Notes under the pieces: generated by a model | Databases searched by the model: none | Seen by the model: the letters and a program-made list of their open reading frames with translations, nothing else | Told to the model about the DNA's origin: nothing | Translations under genes and position numbers: made by a program | Assembly: GCA_002633005.1 (NCBI GenBank) | Contig: NMRA01000495.1 | Span: 42,921-97,771 of the forward strand | Direction: 5' to 3' | Length of the DNA: 54,851 nt | Source of the DNA: Phoronis australis | Lineage: Eukaryota; Animalia; Phoronida | Shown: piece by piece, positions 10,056-22,000 of the stretch | How positions within the stretch are numbered: position 1 is the stretch's first letter | Layout of the letters: each line of letters opens with the position of its first letter

Positions 10056-13000
10056 CTGAAAAAATGGTCAGAAAACAAACTGAATTAGTCTCGCTCAAAG
10101 TCATATAGAGTACACACTGCTAAGACAAAAAAGTGACTCCACTCAGTGTACAGTTTTGAAACCAGCTGTTTCCCATTTGAATTGACCTATCGCAAGCTCC
10201 GCCCCCTTGCGTAATGTTGACAAACAAACACTAAGTTTTACCTGGCAACGTGTTGCTTGTCAGGTAAAATGGCAGCTTGGAAATGGTGTGTCAAGAATTA
10301 TGTGTTATGATTGGTCAGTTAAGCCGTCACTCAAAGTCCTGGCGATAGGTCAATTGACAAGTTACTGTAATAAACAGGTCAGTCACAGACAGCCTGTGAA
10401 TTTCAACCAATCTGGCCTTCAACCCCTGCCCCATGTGAGACTTTCAAAGGCAATGTGGTGACTGGTCACATGGGACCAGATACCAGTGGCCTCTAGAGGA
10501 CGAGGAGGTACTTTTGCTTACAACACATCACATCTAATCACATACATAGGTCTCGAAGGCAAACCATTCTCTGCACCACCCGCAGTGAAAACTAAGTAAT
10601 TCCTGCTACAGCAAGGTGGCGCTACGAGTCACCAGTTCCATGTGGTTCCATTGCTTCCTGAAAGTCTCCATTGGGAAGCTTTCAAGTGAGCTATTCACCC
10701 TATGTGTCCATCTTTTGAATCCACTGGTCCCCAAATACCAAGAACACATACCTTTGTCTCAGATGACGCTTCCTTGTCACTAACGCCATTGGGTTCATTC
10801 ACGTGACCATTGACACCGTTGGAGGCGATCTCGTCATTAGAGCTCTCCGCTCGAGATTTCTTTGACTCGCCAGTCTGGCTAACACTGTCCTCGGGTTTCC
10901 TCTACGAATCACAAGACATTAAGTGAGCGAGAACGTCTCAATGAGCAATTGTATTAAGAGTAAGGTACAGGGATATTTTAATCAAATTAAAATATCCTAC
11001 ACGCTTGAGTGACACAATGTGAAAGTTTTACACACCAACAATCGTGCAATTTCAAGCGCAGACTAGCTCGAGATGTCTCAACGTGCCAAAAATACAGTCG
11101 GGTAGCTCCACCCGTAAACAGCAATAATGACGGAGAGCTACAGCACGGGTGAGAAACAACATGACCGCCGGTCCTCTAAACAGGACCTCCGGGGATCAAA
11201 TGGGACCGCCGCACCAGAAAATGGGACGGACGCATCTAAAAACATTACCGCCCCACCACAAAACAGGACTGCTGTTGACTAAAACCGCAATGACTAAGAT
11301 TTATTACCGTTAGGCCTACACAGATCATACAATGGGGCTATATACGTATGCATATGCAGGTCTTGTGCCGATTAGTCCACCGAAATCTTTTGTGAGCAAC
11401 AGAGGACACTTCGCTTTGTAATACGCTCATCACCAGGCTCCCGGCTGCGGTATGTGACCTATAAACTGTTGAAAGGTCAACATTTAATAAATCTAACAGT
11501 AAAAAACAACCACGTACGCTTTTGAGCTAATTATAATTTTATCCACTGCGTAAGTTTTAGAACAACATGAAAATCATTTTCTTCACTTTGACATTTAAAG
11601 TTAGTCAAGTAAAAAAACGGGCGTTCTGGTTCTCGGGTGAAGCATCATCATACTAGCTGCCTTTGTGCGGCAAAGCTGTATACTAAATATACAGCTTTGC
11701 GCTGATGTGGGTAAAAAACTGAACATGTAAAATCTTCACCCGGCGAATTTGTGTTATTAACGACACTCTTCCTTGAGTAAACTAAATTATTTCATCAGCG
11801 CTCGAGAAAAATTGTCGTTCTGTCGTTATTCTGCGTTCTCTTAAGTCGACTTACATTGGCTGGTTTCTTTTTCCCCCGGCCGATTCTTCAGTCAACTGTT
11901 CTACAAGGTTGCGTACCTGGCACAACAAATTATCGAAACTGGTTTCATTTAGTTATAAGTTTTCAGTATTTTAATACCAGCAAACCGAATTTCAGAACAA
12001 ATCTTGTTGCCGCGAAGTTGTCATCTTCCGAAAGATGTCTCAAAATTTTTCTGAGGAAATGGTGCGTGCACACGTCACGAGCGCGTCAGACTTATTGTTA
12101 CAATAGTTCATAGATTGTTTTTCACTTAAGCGGTTGCAACCTGCAAGGTGAGTGTTGGTTGATGCCAAGATTTTGCATGTGGCTACGCTGGTCGCGCACT
12201 CTACTACATGTTGATGTAAGTTTCACGATGAGGTGACTAGCAGAACTACCCGGGCTGTGGGAAATTTCGGGAATGTAACGGAGCTCAATAACGCTAAGCT
12301 GTCAAGCTTTATTTTGGCGATAGTCTTTACACAACTATCTGACCGGTTACGTCATAACCCACAGTATCACACAAAGGTCTTAACTACTCAGTCCCCGGCG
12401 GTCCTGTTTTGTGGTGGGGTGGTCATGTTCTTAGGTGCGTCAGTCCTGTTTTGGGTGAGTCGGTCAGATTTAGAGGACCGGCGGTCATGCTGTTTCTCAC
12501 CCGTGTACAAGAACTCTCAATTATTTCTTGTGATCCTGGGTGGGCTGTGTCCATGCTGCCTTCCTAAAAGATATGTAAACAACAACACGTTCATAAAGGG
12601 GCATTTACATGTATTTCTGCCTAGATTGGGCCTTAAATTCAACTGTGACGTTCTAGTCTAGTAAGACCAAATTCCCGACTCCTAGAGCCACTCTTCACAA
12701 AACAGAACCCAAGTCTATGAGCAGGAGAAATATCAAAACTGCTTTGAGTACAATCACAAAACACCAACCTTCATGGACTTCATTGACCTTGCTGTGTGAA
12801 ACACTTGTACCCAAAAGCAAGTTAAGTCAAAGAGCGTTTTTAGTACGTTTAGTTCTTAGAAAGACAACGTGCGCAAACATGCTATTTTTTTTCCTCATCA
12901 GCCAGAGCACAGCATGAGTCACAAACAATATTAGCCCCCACTGCTACAAATGTAGTGGTTACGTATGGTGATTTTCCACTATTTCACACAAAAATAGCAG

Positions 13001-16000
13001 CTAAAATATTACCTCACTGCAAATCACAAGCAGCTTTGCCAAATAATGTTTTATTATTAGACTAAATGAGCTAAGAAATTTTCTTAAGATTTTGATTTTG
13101 AGGAAAAATGTCACAAAATGAAATTTCACTTGTCTGCATTATTATAAACTAACTGAAAACTTAGAATAAAATTAAATAACTGAAAACTATAAATAACAAA
13201 CAAAACTGCATTGTTAAATAATATAAGACAAAACATTTAAACAAGTAACAAAATGGCTAGCAACAGTCTTTGGTCTCCAAAAAGTAAAAATATCAAATTT
13301 ATCCCATACACCAAGCTCAGAAACACCGTGAAGAACGTAGTGGTTTAAAGAAAATTTAACGTTTTTAAATTAGTAGAAACAGAAAAGGAAAAAGAAGCCC
13401 GCCCCCCCGGGGGGTCAACTTACTAGTACCTTTTTGCGGATCATGCTTGTGATGTCGTGTACAGCCTCCGTTTTCTGAAAAAAAAAAGAACTTCAGCCGC
13501 TGTCCAGAGGCGTCTTCTGATTCTGGTGGTCATCGTGGTTACCAGAAGACAAACGAATTATGTATGCACAGATGACCTAAATACCAGTCAGTAGACTTAA
13601 ATACACTATAAACCACCTTATGGCTGTCAGGGCTTGGAATGACCAATGACAAAAAAACGCGGAAACTTTGAAACTTTTACGGCCAAAATCTTGCCCGATA
13701 ACCAGCCTTGAAATGGTCAGTGTGAACGTTACCACCATCAGTAGCATGCATCTGCGTCCTTTCAGCTCGCCCGTCCACTCCCAACCCATACATTTTTGGC
13801 TGCAGAGCCGTAGTATTTGTCGCCGCGCATAACAATAATACGAGACGCCATTGAATATCTCCCACCACGCTGTCCCAGATGCCCCGGCAATGTTGACAAT
13901 TTACGTTCCTCCGAAACATAAAGAGCAACTTCCGCTTTTCGAGGTGAACGTCGTCTGCAACGCCGCGGTAAGAAAGGAATTTGCCGCGGAAATTTCATAT
14001 CAAACCCGATTTTTTTACGTGGAAATATTATAAAAAAAGCGGAAAGCATATTTGAAAAAAGCGGAAATCCACGTTTCCGCGGAAAATTCCAAGCCCTGGG
14101 CTGTGGCTTGTGGTTGTGTAGGACCTTATAGACAAGTATGTGCATTCAACAATACATATAGAAATGCCACGGAATTTGATTTTTGACTTTTTAGCAAAGC
14201 TGATTAATTGGGTCAGGCGACCATGTCTTTTTAATAAAATTTAACAACAAGAGCAACGTAGAGCGTTGAAATGCGCCCACGAACGCATTGCAAATGGTGT
14301 GCTTTTAGAAAAATTTATTTGTATCATAAAAATGGCGCAAAAAATACAATCCATCCAAAAACAGGAACATGCCATATTTCATAAAAATCTGTCAAGGAAC
14401 ATCAGAGAAACAAAGGAAAACAGAATAAAATGAAATTGCCACTAGTGGGCACAGTGTCCGTTGGATCCGCCTGAAAGTCATCGTCGTTGTCTGTTGTTAT
14501 CTTCACATAAATACACTTACTAAATTTAGTAAAGATCCTGCAGTGGGTTTAGGAGATACAACTATGGGCGCAAAACAAAACTACCACTAGGAGGCGCCAC
14601 AGTAGTCAGTCACCATCATCAAAGGTAGTCTTCACGCTGAGAACATATGTGCCAATTTTCAAATGATTTGGTTGATACAGGGGTGGACACCAAAAACAAG
14701 ATTTGAAAACAGCAAAAATGTCCACTAGGTGGTGCAAAATACCTAGATTCCATCCAAAAACAGAAAGATAGCGTCATCACACCAATAGATGCCTATATTT
14801 AAAATTTCATGAAAATATGTTCAGGACCTTTGAAGATACTGAGTTCAACGTAAAAAACTAAAATTGCCACTAGGGGGCACAGCAGTTATCAGATCTATCT
14901 GAAAGTCGTCATCCGTAGTCAACATCATATAAATACACTTTCTAAATTAAGTAAAGATCCTGTGAACAGTTTAGGAGATACAGCCATAGGCGCAACAAAA
15001 ACAAAATTGCCACTAGGAGGTGCCACAGTAGTCGAAATCGTTGGAAAATCATCGTCAACCGTCCTCTTCATAGTAAGCACATATATGCCAATTCTCACAA
15101 TCATCCTTTGAGTGGTTTGGTTGATAGAGGAGTGGACGCCAAAAAACAGACTAGGTAGCGCAAACTACGTCGAAACCATCTGAAAACGGGAGGATAGCGT
15201 CATCTCAGTAATAGGTGCCTACATACCAAATTTCATGAAAATCCGTTTAGGACTTTTGAAGATACAAAGGTAAGCGTAAAAAACTAAAATTGCCACTAGG
15301 GGGCACACCGGTAATCAGATCCGTCCGAAAGTTCGCTCATGCCGTCCCATTCATGAACAGAACATTTGTGTCTACTGTGGGCGCATAAAAAGGAAAGGTA
15401 CAATGACAGCAAAGCAATGGTATCAATCACACAATCAAATTTCATTTGATATAAATGTTCGTGGTGAGATATCGAAAACGCTGTTAGTTTTCTAAAATAT
15501 TGTTTCGTTTTAGTTTTATCAACCTGGATTTTTCGTGAAAATCATAAAAGTAATATTTCTCGATAGCTCCTCACGCAAAAGTGGAACATTGTTAAAACAG
15601 TTCCTAACAGCGTTTTGAGAACAGTGCACAAAACATAGTATGTTAAACAAATGAATCCAATCAGTAGTTTCTTATATACGATGTTCCGAAGTTTGCTAAA
15701 TTTAGCCGTTTTTATATCATGGTCCTACATAACCTTAAAAGCACAAGTGTATTTGCTCTTCCGCGACAGTTTTCGTATCCTTTGTTTGGATTGAAATTGA
15801 ATGTGGCCGACCGACTGGAATTCCCCTGCAAGACCACACCGCCGCGACAATCAACTAGATGAGTCTAGTCTGAAGAGTAGCTGGGCAAAAGTTCTTCTCA
15901 AGCCTAGGTATCATTTCTAATCCCAGCGAGGAACAAGACAAGATTAACTTTGTAACAGTAGGTGGTCTTAATCCTGTTGGTTTTCGACAGAAGGCGTGGG

Positions 16001-19000
16001 TTCATTGTCACGTTTAGAGATTGACCATTATTATTGTCATTTTCAAAGGCATACAAAAGTAACACCAAGGAGGTTAATGGCCACAGTATGCTTTTAGCCT
16101 CCTCCAGAAATGTTGCACGAACTAGGACAACTGCACTGTGGAACTTTGTCAGATTAGGTAAGATCAGGGCCAAGTCACATAGGCCTCAAGACATCAGCAT
16201 ACACTTGTTGCAAAAAATCACTTACAGAATGGAAACAGCAAATAGAACCCTATAAATCATGAATTCAATCCCACAATTCAACATCTCCTGTCCAATGACT
16301 TGAGTTGTCACGATATTGCTAGGATGGGCTACTAAGCCTCCGAGCATATTATTTTGCTTTTCACTCCATGATTTTCCTAGGTTCTGTGAGATCTTGCTTT
16401 TTTCGCAAAACCAAAGTCTACGGAATGCTTTCCCGACTCGCAAGCAAGTTTTACTGAATTATAACGAAGGAGTATGCTGTCTGTCAAAACTAACAGGTGT
16501 TGAAGACTTTTGAAAATGTCGATGACTGATGATTTTAAAGACTTGAACACTACATTTTATGTTACGCCAGGGTTTACAACAAACCTGTGACGTGCTGGTA
16601 GAGGCGCCAAACCCAAAAGTAGTCGTTCCCTCCGAGGATGCACTGGCTCCAAACCCAACTGTTGTGGTCGCCCCCGACGAGCTGCTGGCACCGAACGCGC
16701 TTGATGATGCACCCTGAAGAGAAGACAAATTACATACATACATATATATTTATATATATACACATATATACACACACAGTGTAGGCTTTACTATAGGACA
16801 ATTATGTCATTAACTTATAGAAAGTTTACATTCAGTAAAGGGCAAAAATATTCAGACAAAATGAGACGGAATTCCCAGTTATGACGTCTGAATTTATTGT
16901 CAGATTAATCTTCCCTACGTGAGTGAGAATGATGGGGGAATTAACAGGGAAGTTAGTAAAGGTGCCACGGCCGTTTTGCAATTTGAATTTTGAACCATCT
17001 TGGCTATTAGCAGAATCAACTGTCATGACTGAAACAATATTTTGACTGCTCACCCTTTTTTCTTGTACTGTACGTAGGTCATAAAAAATCTTCCGACAGA
17101 AAATAATCAGCTGACTGCCATTACAACTAGGAAAACAAGTTACATGCATGCTCCACTGAATATTTCTGTTACGTATACATACACCTGACGTACATTTATA
17201 AATCACGGCCGTGGAAATCGAAAAGTTTTCAGTCCCATACATGGAAAGCGCAGAGGTGCACAAGAGCGGTTGCTTCATGTGTAAACAGTTTAGTCTCTAA
17301 CCACATCAATGCCAAGTTTGACCAATCCAGGGACACTGAGTGTTTCTGTTCTTAAAGGGGGAAAGCGACGGTTCTTGATGATATGTTTACTAAAAACATA
17401 GTTCCCTGGTAAAATTGAAAATACATTTCTCCGTGTGAATTGCCGTTTCCTTAGCGTGCATTCACTATGCATGGGACAATAGAAAGTGACGGAAATGACC
17501 GGTCATTCACTTCCACCAAAGAAACAAAATGACCTTCACCCTGTGGAACACAAAGTGAAGGCAGAACCATGAAGTCTGCCCTTTACGCCATTTTCTATTG
17601 TGCCATGCCCAATAAATACACGCCAGCGGAACAATTCACACGCCAGCGCATAATTTCAACACAGCCATCTATCTGTATTCTCACGGAACATAACATCAAA
17701 AACAGTTCTTTCCCCTTTACGACCTGACCAGGTGAGCAGCATGGAACATGACCTACCAGACCAGTGGTCAGTGTCTGTAGCGCCATCTTCATCGTCTGCT
17801 CCGCATCACGCTTCTCCACTTCGGCATCCTCAATCTACGAAGAAAAACGTGTTTCAAAGAGTAAGAGAACGCCGGAGAAAGACAGAATACGTAACCATGT
17901 TATACTGGCAGAGTACACGTTTGCAGTGCACATCAAAAGTGTTTAGACAAAATGACTCTGGTTTCCATGAGGACGTCTGGACCAAGACAGATTCAAAGTC
18001 TCAGCAGCCTTCCCTCATGATTGAGAATTAAAAGTCACTAAGGAGGCGAAGCCATTCTGAAATCGGAATTTGCTCGCAAAAATATTTATCACCAGTCGTT
18101 TTTGAGGTTTACGGAATTAGCTGCGAAGATGAGGAAACCGAATTTTGTTTGATTACTTTTGTCATAAACTGTGCCTAATGTTGCATTTGTGGCTAATAAT
18201 ATCCAAACAATTTTAAGCGATTCTTCTTCAAAGTATAAAACAGATTTTTCCATTGGTCTCCCAGATATGTGTTTAAACAATACTACAGACAATGGATTTA
18301 GTAATACTTACTGAATAATGATTCCCAACAGATTTTTTTTTCATTTTTCACGAGATTCTGTTGAAGACTCTTGCAACCAAGCATCTTACAAAACTTCAGT
18401 TTTTACTCAATTTTCATTTTTGACGTATGTCAATGCAAAGAAACTGATTTTCCTTGTTTTCCACAACTAGTAAATTCACGCAGCTGCCAAACATGTCCTG
18501 CTAGACAGTCTAAATGAATCACAGATGGCACCACCATCGCAGACTTACCTTAGCCAGGATGTCTGGCAGAATGTCATTGAGTTCTTTAATTTCTTTGTTA
18601 GCTACCTCAATGGGGTTGTCTGTCATGGCCACATCCTTACCCTTCGATGTGTCTGCCTCAACCACTTTTGTGAGACTGGCTAGAAAGTAGAGAAAGTTAA
18701 CATTGTTAAACAAAACTTAACACAAAAATAAACATCTGACTGTATCCCATATGAGCTTAAATATAAGTTTATCTAAGTTCATCTACGGTAGTTTTAGAAT
18801 TGAGATATCAGGCTACTTTCCTACATAATACATATCAGAGCTGAGGACTAATTCCACTTTAAAGTTCAGAAACTATTGACCTGCTCAGAGGAAGATCTGT
18901 TTCTTGTGATTGTGGATATAAAATTCTCAATGGATTTATTGGAGTTTCAATATTCGCTAGGTGTTGAAAATGAAGAAACTGATCATCAGTAACAGATGAG

Positions 19001-22000
19001 TATAGAATGGTGTGCTACAGCATTAGGGGTGCACAGAATTTAGGTAACAAATGAATACCCACATGGTAGCAATACCGTTTCACTAAAGGATAGCACAGTT
19101 GAATACCTAAGAGCTGAGCTGTCTGCCTCAAGTGAACCGTAGCCGAGCTGATAGCTCACAGGAATATCCATGGTTGTTCTTTCAGTAGTTCTCGTCTTGG
19201 TATGCGCTACGACCTCAGCTCTTAACTATCCGTCTGCACTGCCCTAACACTAACTAGTAAACGCCATCCAGTCTTCGGTTAAAGTGAGGTAAAACTAACA
19301 TTACCACAATCACATTAAAGGATTTTGGACAAAAAAAAATACCTCTTTCAATTTGCAGCTTCCCAATGGTAATTTGTTTTTTGTATTATCAACTCGCAGT
19401 TTAGTCAATACCAACCTTTTGCACACACATCGTAATGTTTAACCAGCCAGCACTAAACTGAAGAGGCTTTTGAGATGCATTGCTAAACTGAAGAGGCTTT
19501 TGAGATGCATTGCAAGCATTCATTTCCTTAAGCTAGGAGAAATTTTGAGGTTTTTCCCACCAAATTCCGAACTCTGCCACTTACCAATTTTCTCTTTGAT
19601 ACACGATGCTGCACTATTGAGAGACTTGATTGACAGATCGTACTGTTTGTTGAATAAGTAAGATAGACCGAGCTGGTAATGTCTGACATACAATTAAGAA
19701 AACAGTCTAATCGCAAGAAACTTTCAGTTTGATTTAAACTCCAGGTGACAACGTTTCGAAATTAAGGCTATATCCAAATTGAGCGTTCTCAAGGTCTTTT
19801 GCAAGACATCAAGACTCGCAGACCAACAATCCATCATGATTCAAAGAGTTACTAAAACTGAAACTAGAGAATGAGAAGCTAATGCAGCTACACTGGCTAA
19901 TTTTCATCGAATTTCTAGGGTTAAAACGATCCTAACACAAACTTGAAAAGAAATTCAATTTCAGAAGCCAAGCAGCACGTCTGCAATATATATCAATTGA
20001 TCTGAGTGTTTTTAGCCGTGAGGTAATCACTGATGTGGTAACTGCTCTGATGAACAAAAAAGGACAATAGAGAAGCACTCCTAATAAACAGACTTCTTGA
20101 CAAAAGCATATAGTGTAAAAATCTAGTGATTAAGGACAAGGTGCCATGCAAACCATTCACAACGTTGTCACGTAACTTGGAGGCATAAATTTAGTTTCTA
20201 AGACATAAATGTAACTAGAGCTCCGCCGACTCCTGCTTTTCATTTTCCGTTAGTCTTCTAGAATGCAATTCCTATTTTCACAAGTATTTTACCTCAGTCA
20301 GTAATTTGCTAACAAACTCATGACCTCACGATACAACTTGCAAAACGAAAGTTTTATATCTTGTCAAATTTTCCACGAGATTACCATATTAATTGCATTT
20401 GAAATATTTGCATTATTTCCAGGACCAAACACTTGAGGTAACACTGACGTTATCTACAGTGTGATCAAACTGCACAATAAATTTCACAAATCTTATTATC
20501 CTCAATCTCTTTAGACGGATTATTTCTAAGGATACGACTCGGCAATCTGTCGATTGTCTGCTTCAAGCTGTGAGAGTTGAATCTTCAGGCACTCTGAGAA
20601 ATCCGATATGGCACTCTCGTACTGTTCTGAAGAAAGAAACAGACACGATTAAATCAAACATTGAGTAAACAAATAGCCACATCCAAAAATATCNNNNNNN
20701 NNNNNNNNNNNNNNNNNNNNNNNNNNNNNNNNNNNNNNNNNNNNNNNNNNNNNNNNNNNNNNNNNNNNNNGATCTGTCCAAAAGTTGTCGTCGTCCAGTT
20801 GTTAACATCATGTAAATATACTTACTAAATTTCGTAAAGATCCTGCAAACGGTTTAGGAGATACAACCATAGGTGCAAAAAAAACAAAACTGCCACTAGG
20901 AGGCTTCACAGTTGTCAAAATCGTCGGAATATCATCGTCAACCGTCCTCTTTATAGTAAGCACATACATGCCAATTCTCACAATCATCCTTTGAGCGGTT
21001 TGGTTGATAGAGGGGTGGACGCCAAAAAACAGACTCGAAAACAGTAAAAATGGCCACTAGGTAGCGCAAACTACGTCGAAACCATCCGAAAACGGGAGGA
21101 TAGCGTCATCTCACTAATAGGTGCCTACATACCAAATTTCATGAAAATCCGTTCAGGAGTTTTGAAGATACAAAGGTAAGCGTAAAAAACTAAAATTGCT
21201 ACTAGGGGGAACACCGGTAATCGGATCCGTCCGAAAGTTCGCTCATGCAGTCCTATTCATGAATGGAACATATGTGCCAACTTTCATTATCGCATGTTAA
21301 AGGGTTTTGGAGATAGAGCAGCAGATGCCGGACGCCGAACGGAGATGACGGCATAATGCGTTCACATATAAAAAGGAAAGGTACAATGACAGCAAAGCAA
21401 TGGTATCAATCACACGATCAAATCTGATTTGATATAAATGTTCGTAGTGAGATATCGAAAGCGCTGTTACAGTTTTCTAAAATGTTGTTTCGCTTTAGTT
21501 TCATCAACCTGGATTTTTCGTGAAAATCATAGAAGTAATATTTTTCGATAGCTCCTCACGCAAAAGTGGAACATTGTTAAAACAGTTCCTAACAGCGTTT
21601 TGAGAACAGTGCACAAAACATAGTATGTTAAAGTTTTATATGAATCCAATCAGTCGTTTCTTATATACGATGTTCTGAAGTTTGCTAAATTTAACCATTT
21701 TTATATCATGGTCCTACATAACCTTAAAAGCACAAGTGTATTTGCTCTTCCGCAACAGTTTTCTTATCCTTCGTTTGGATTGAAATTGAATGTGGCCGAC
21801 TGACTGGAATTACCCTGCAAGACCACACCGCCGCGACAATCAACTCGGTGAGTCCAGTCTGAAAGAGTAGCTGGGCGAAAGTTCTTCTCAAGCCTAGGTA
21901 TCATTTCTAATCCCAGCAAGGAACATGACGAGATTAACTTTGTAACAGTAGGTGGTCTTAATCCTGTTGGTTTTCGACAGAAGGCATGGGTTCCTTGTCA

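Larger units (their letters stand above)
14892..20693. repeat. Copy B of the ~5.9 kb direct duplication (contains NASP exons 8-12)
   Basis: Colinear, high-identity match to 20771-26660; ends at the N gap. Confidence 0.93.

Noticed and set aside
19453-19512. 30-bp direct duplication (CTAAACTGAAGAGGCTTTTGAGATGCATTG x2, also at ~25419)
   Set aside because: Simple intronic slippage duplication with no further structure.
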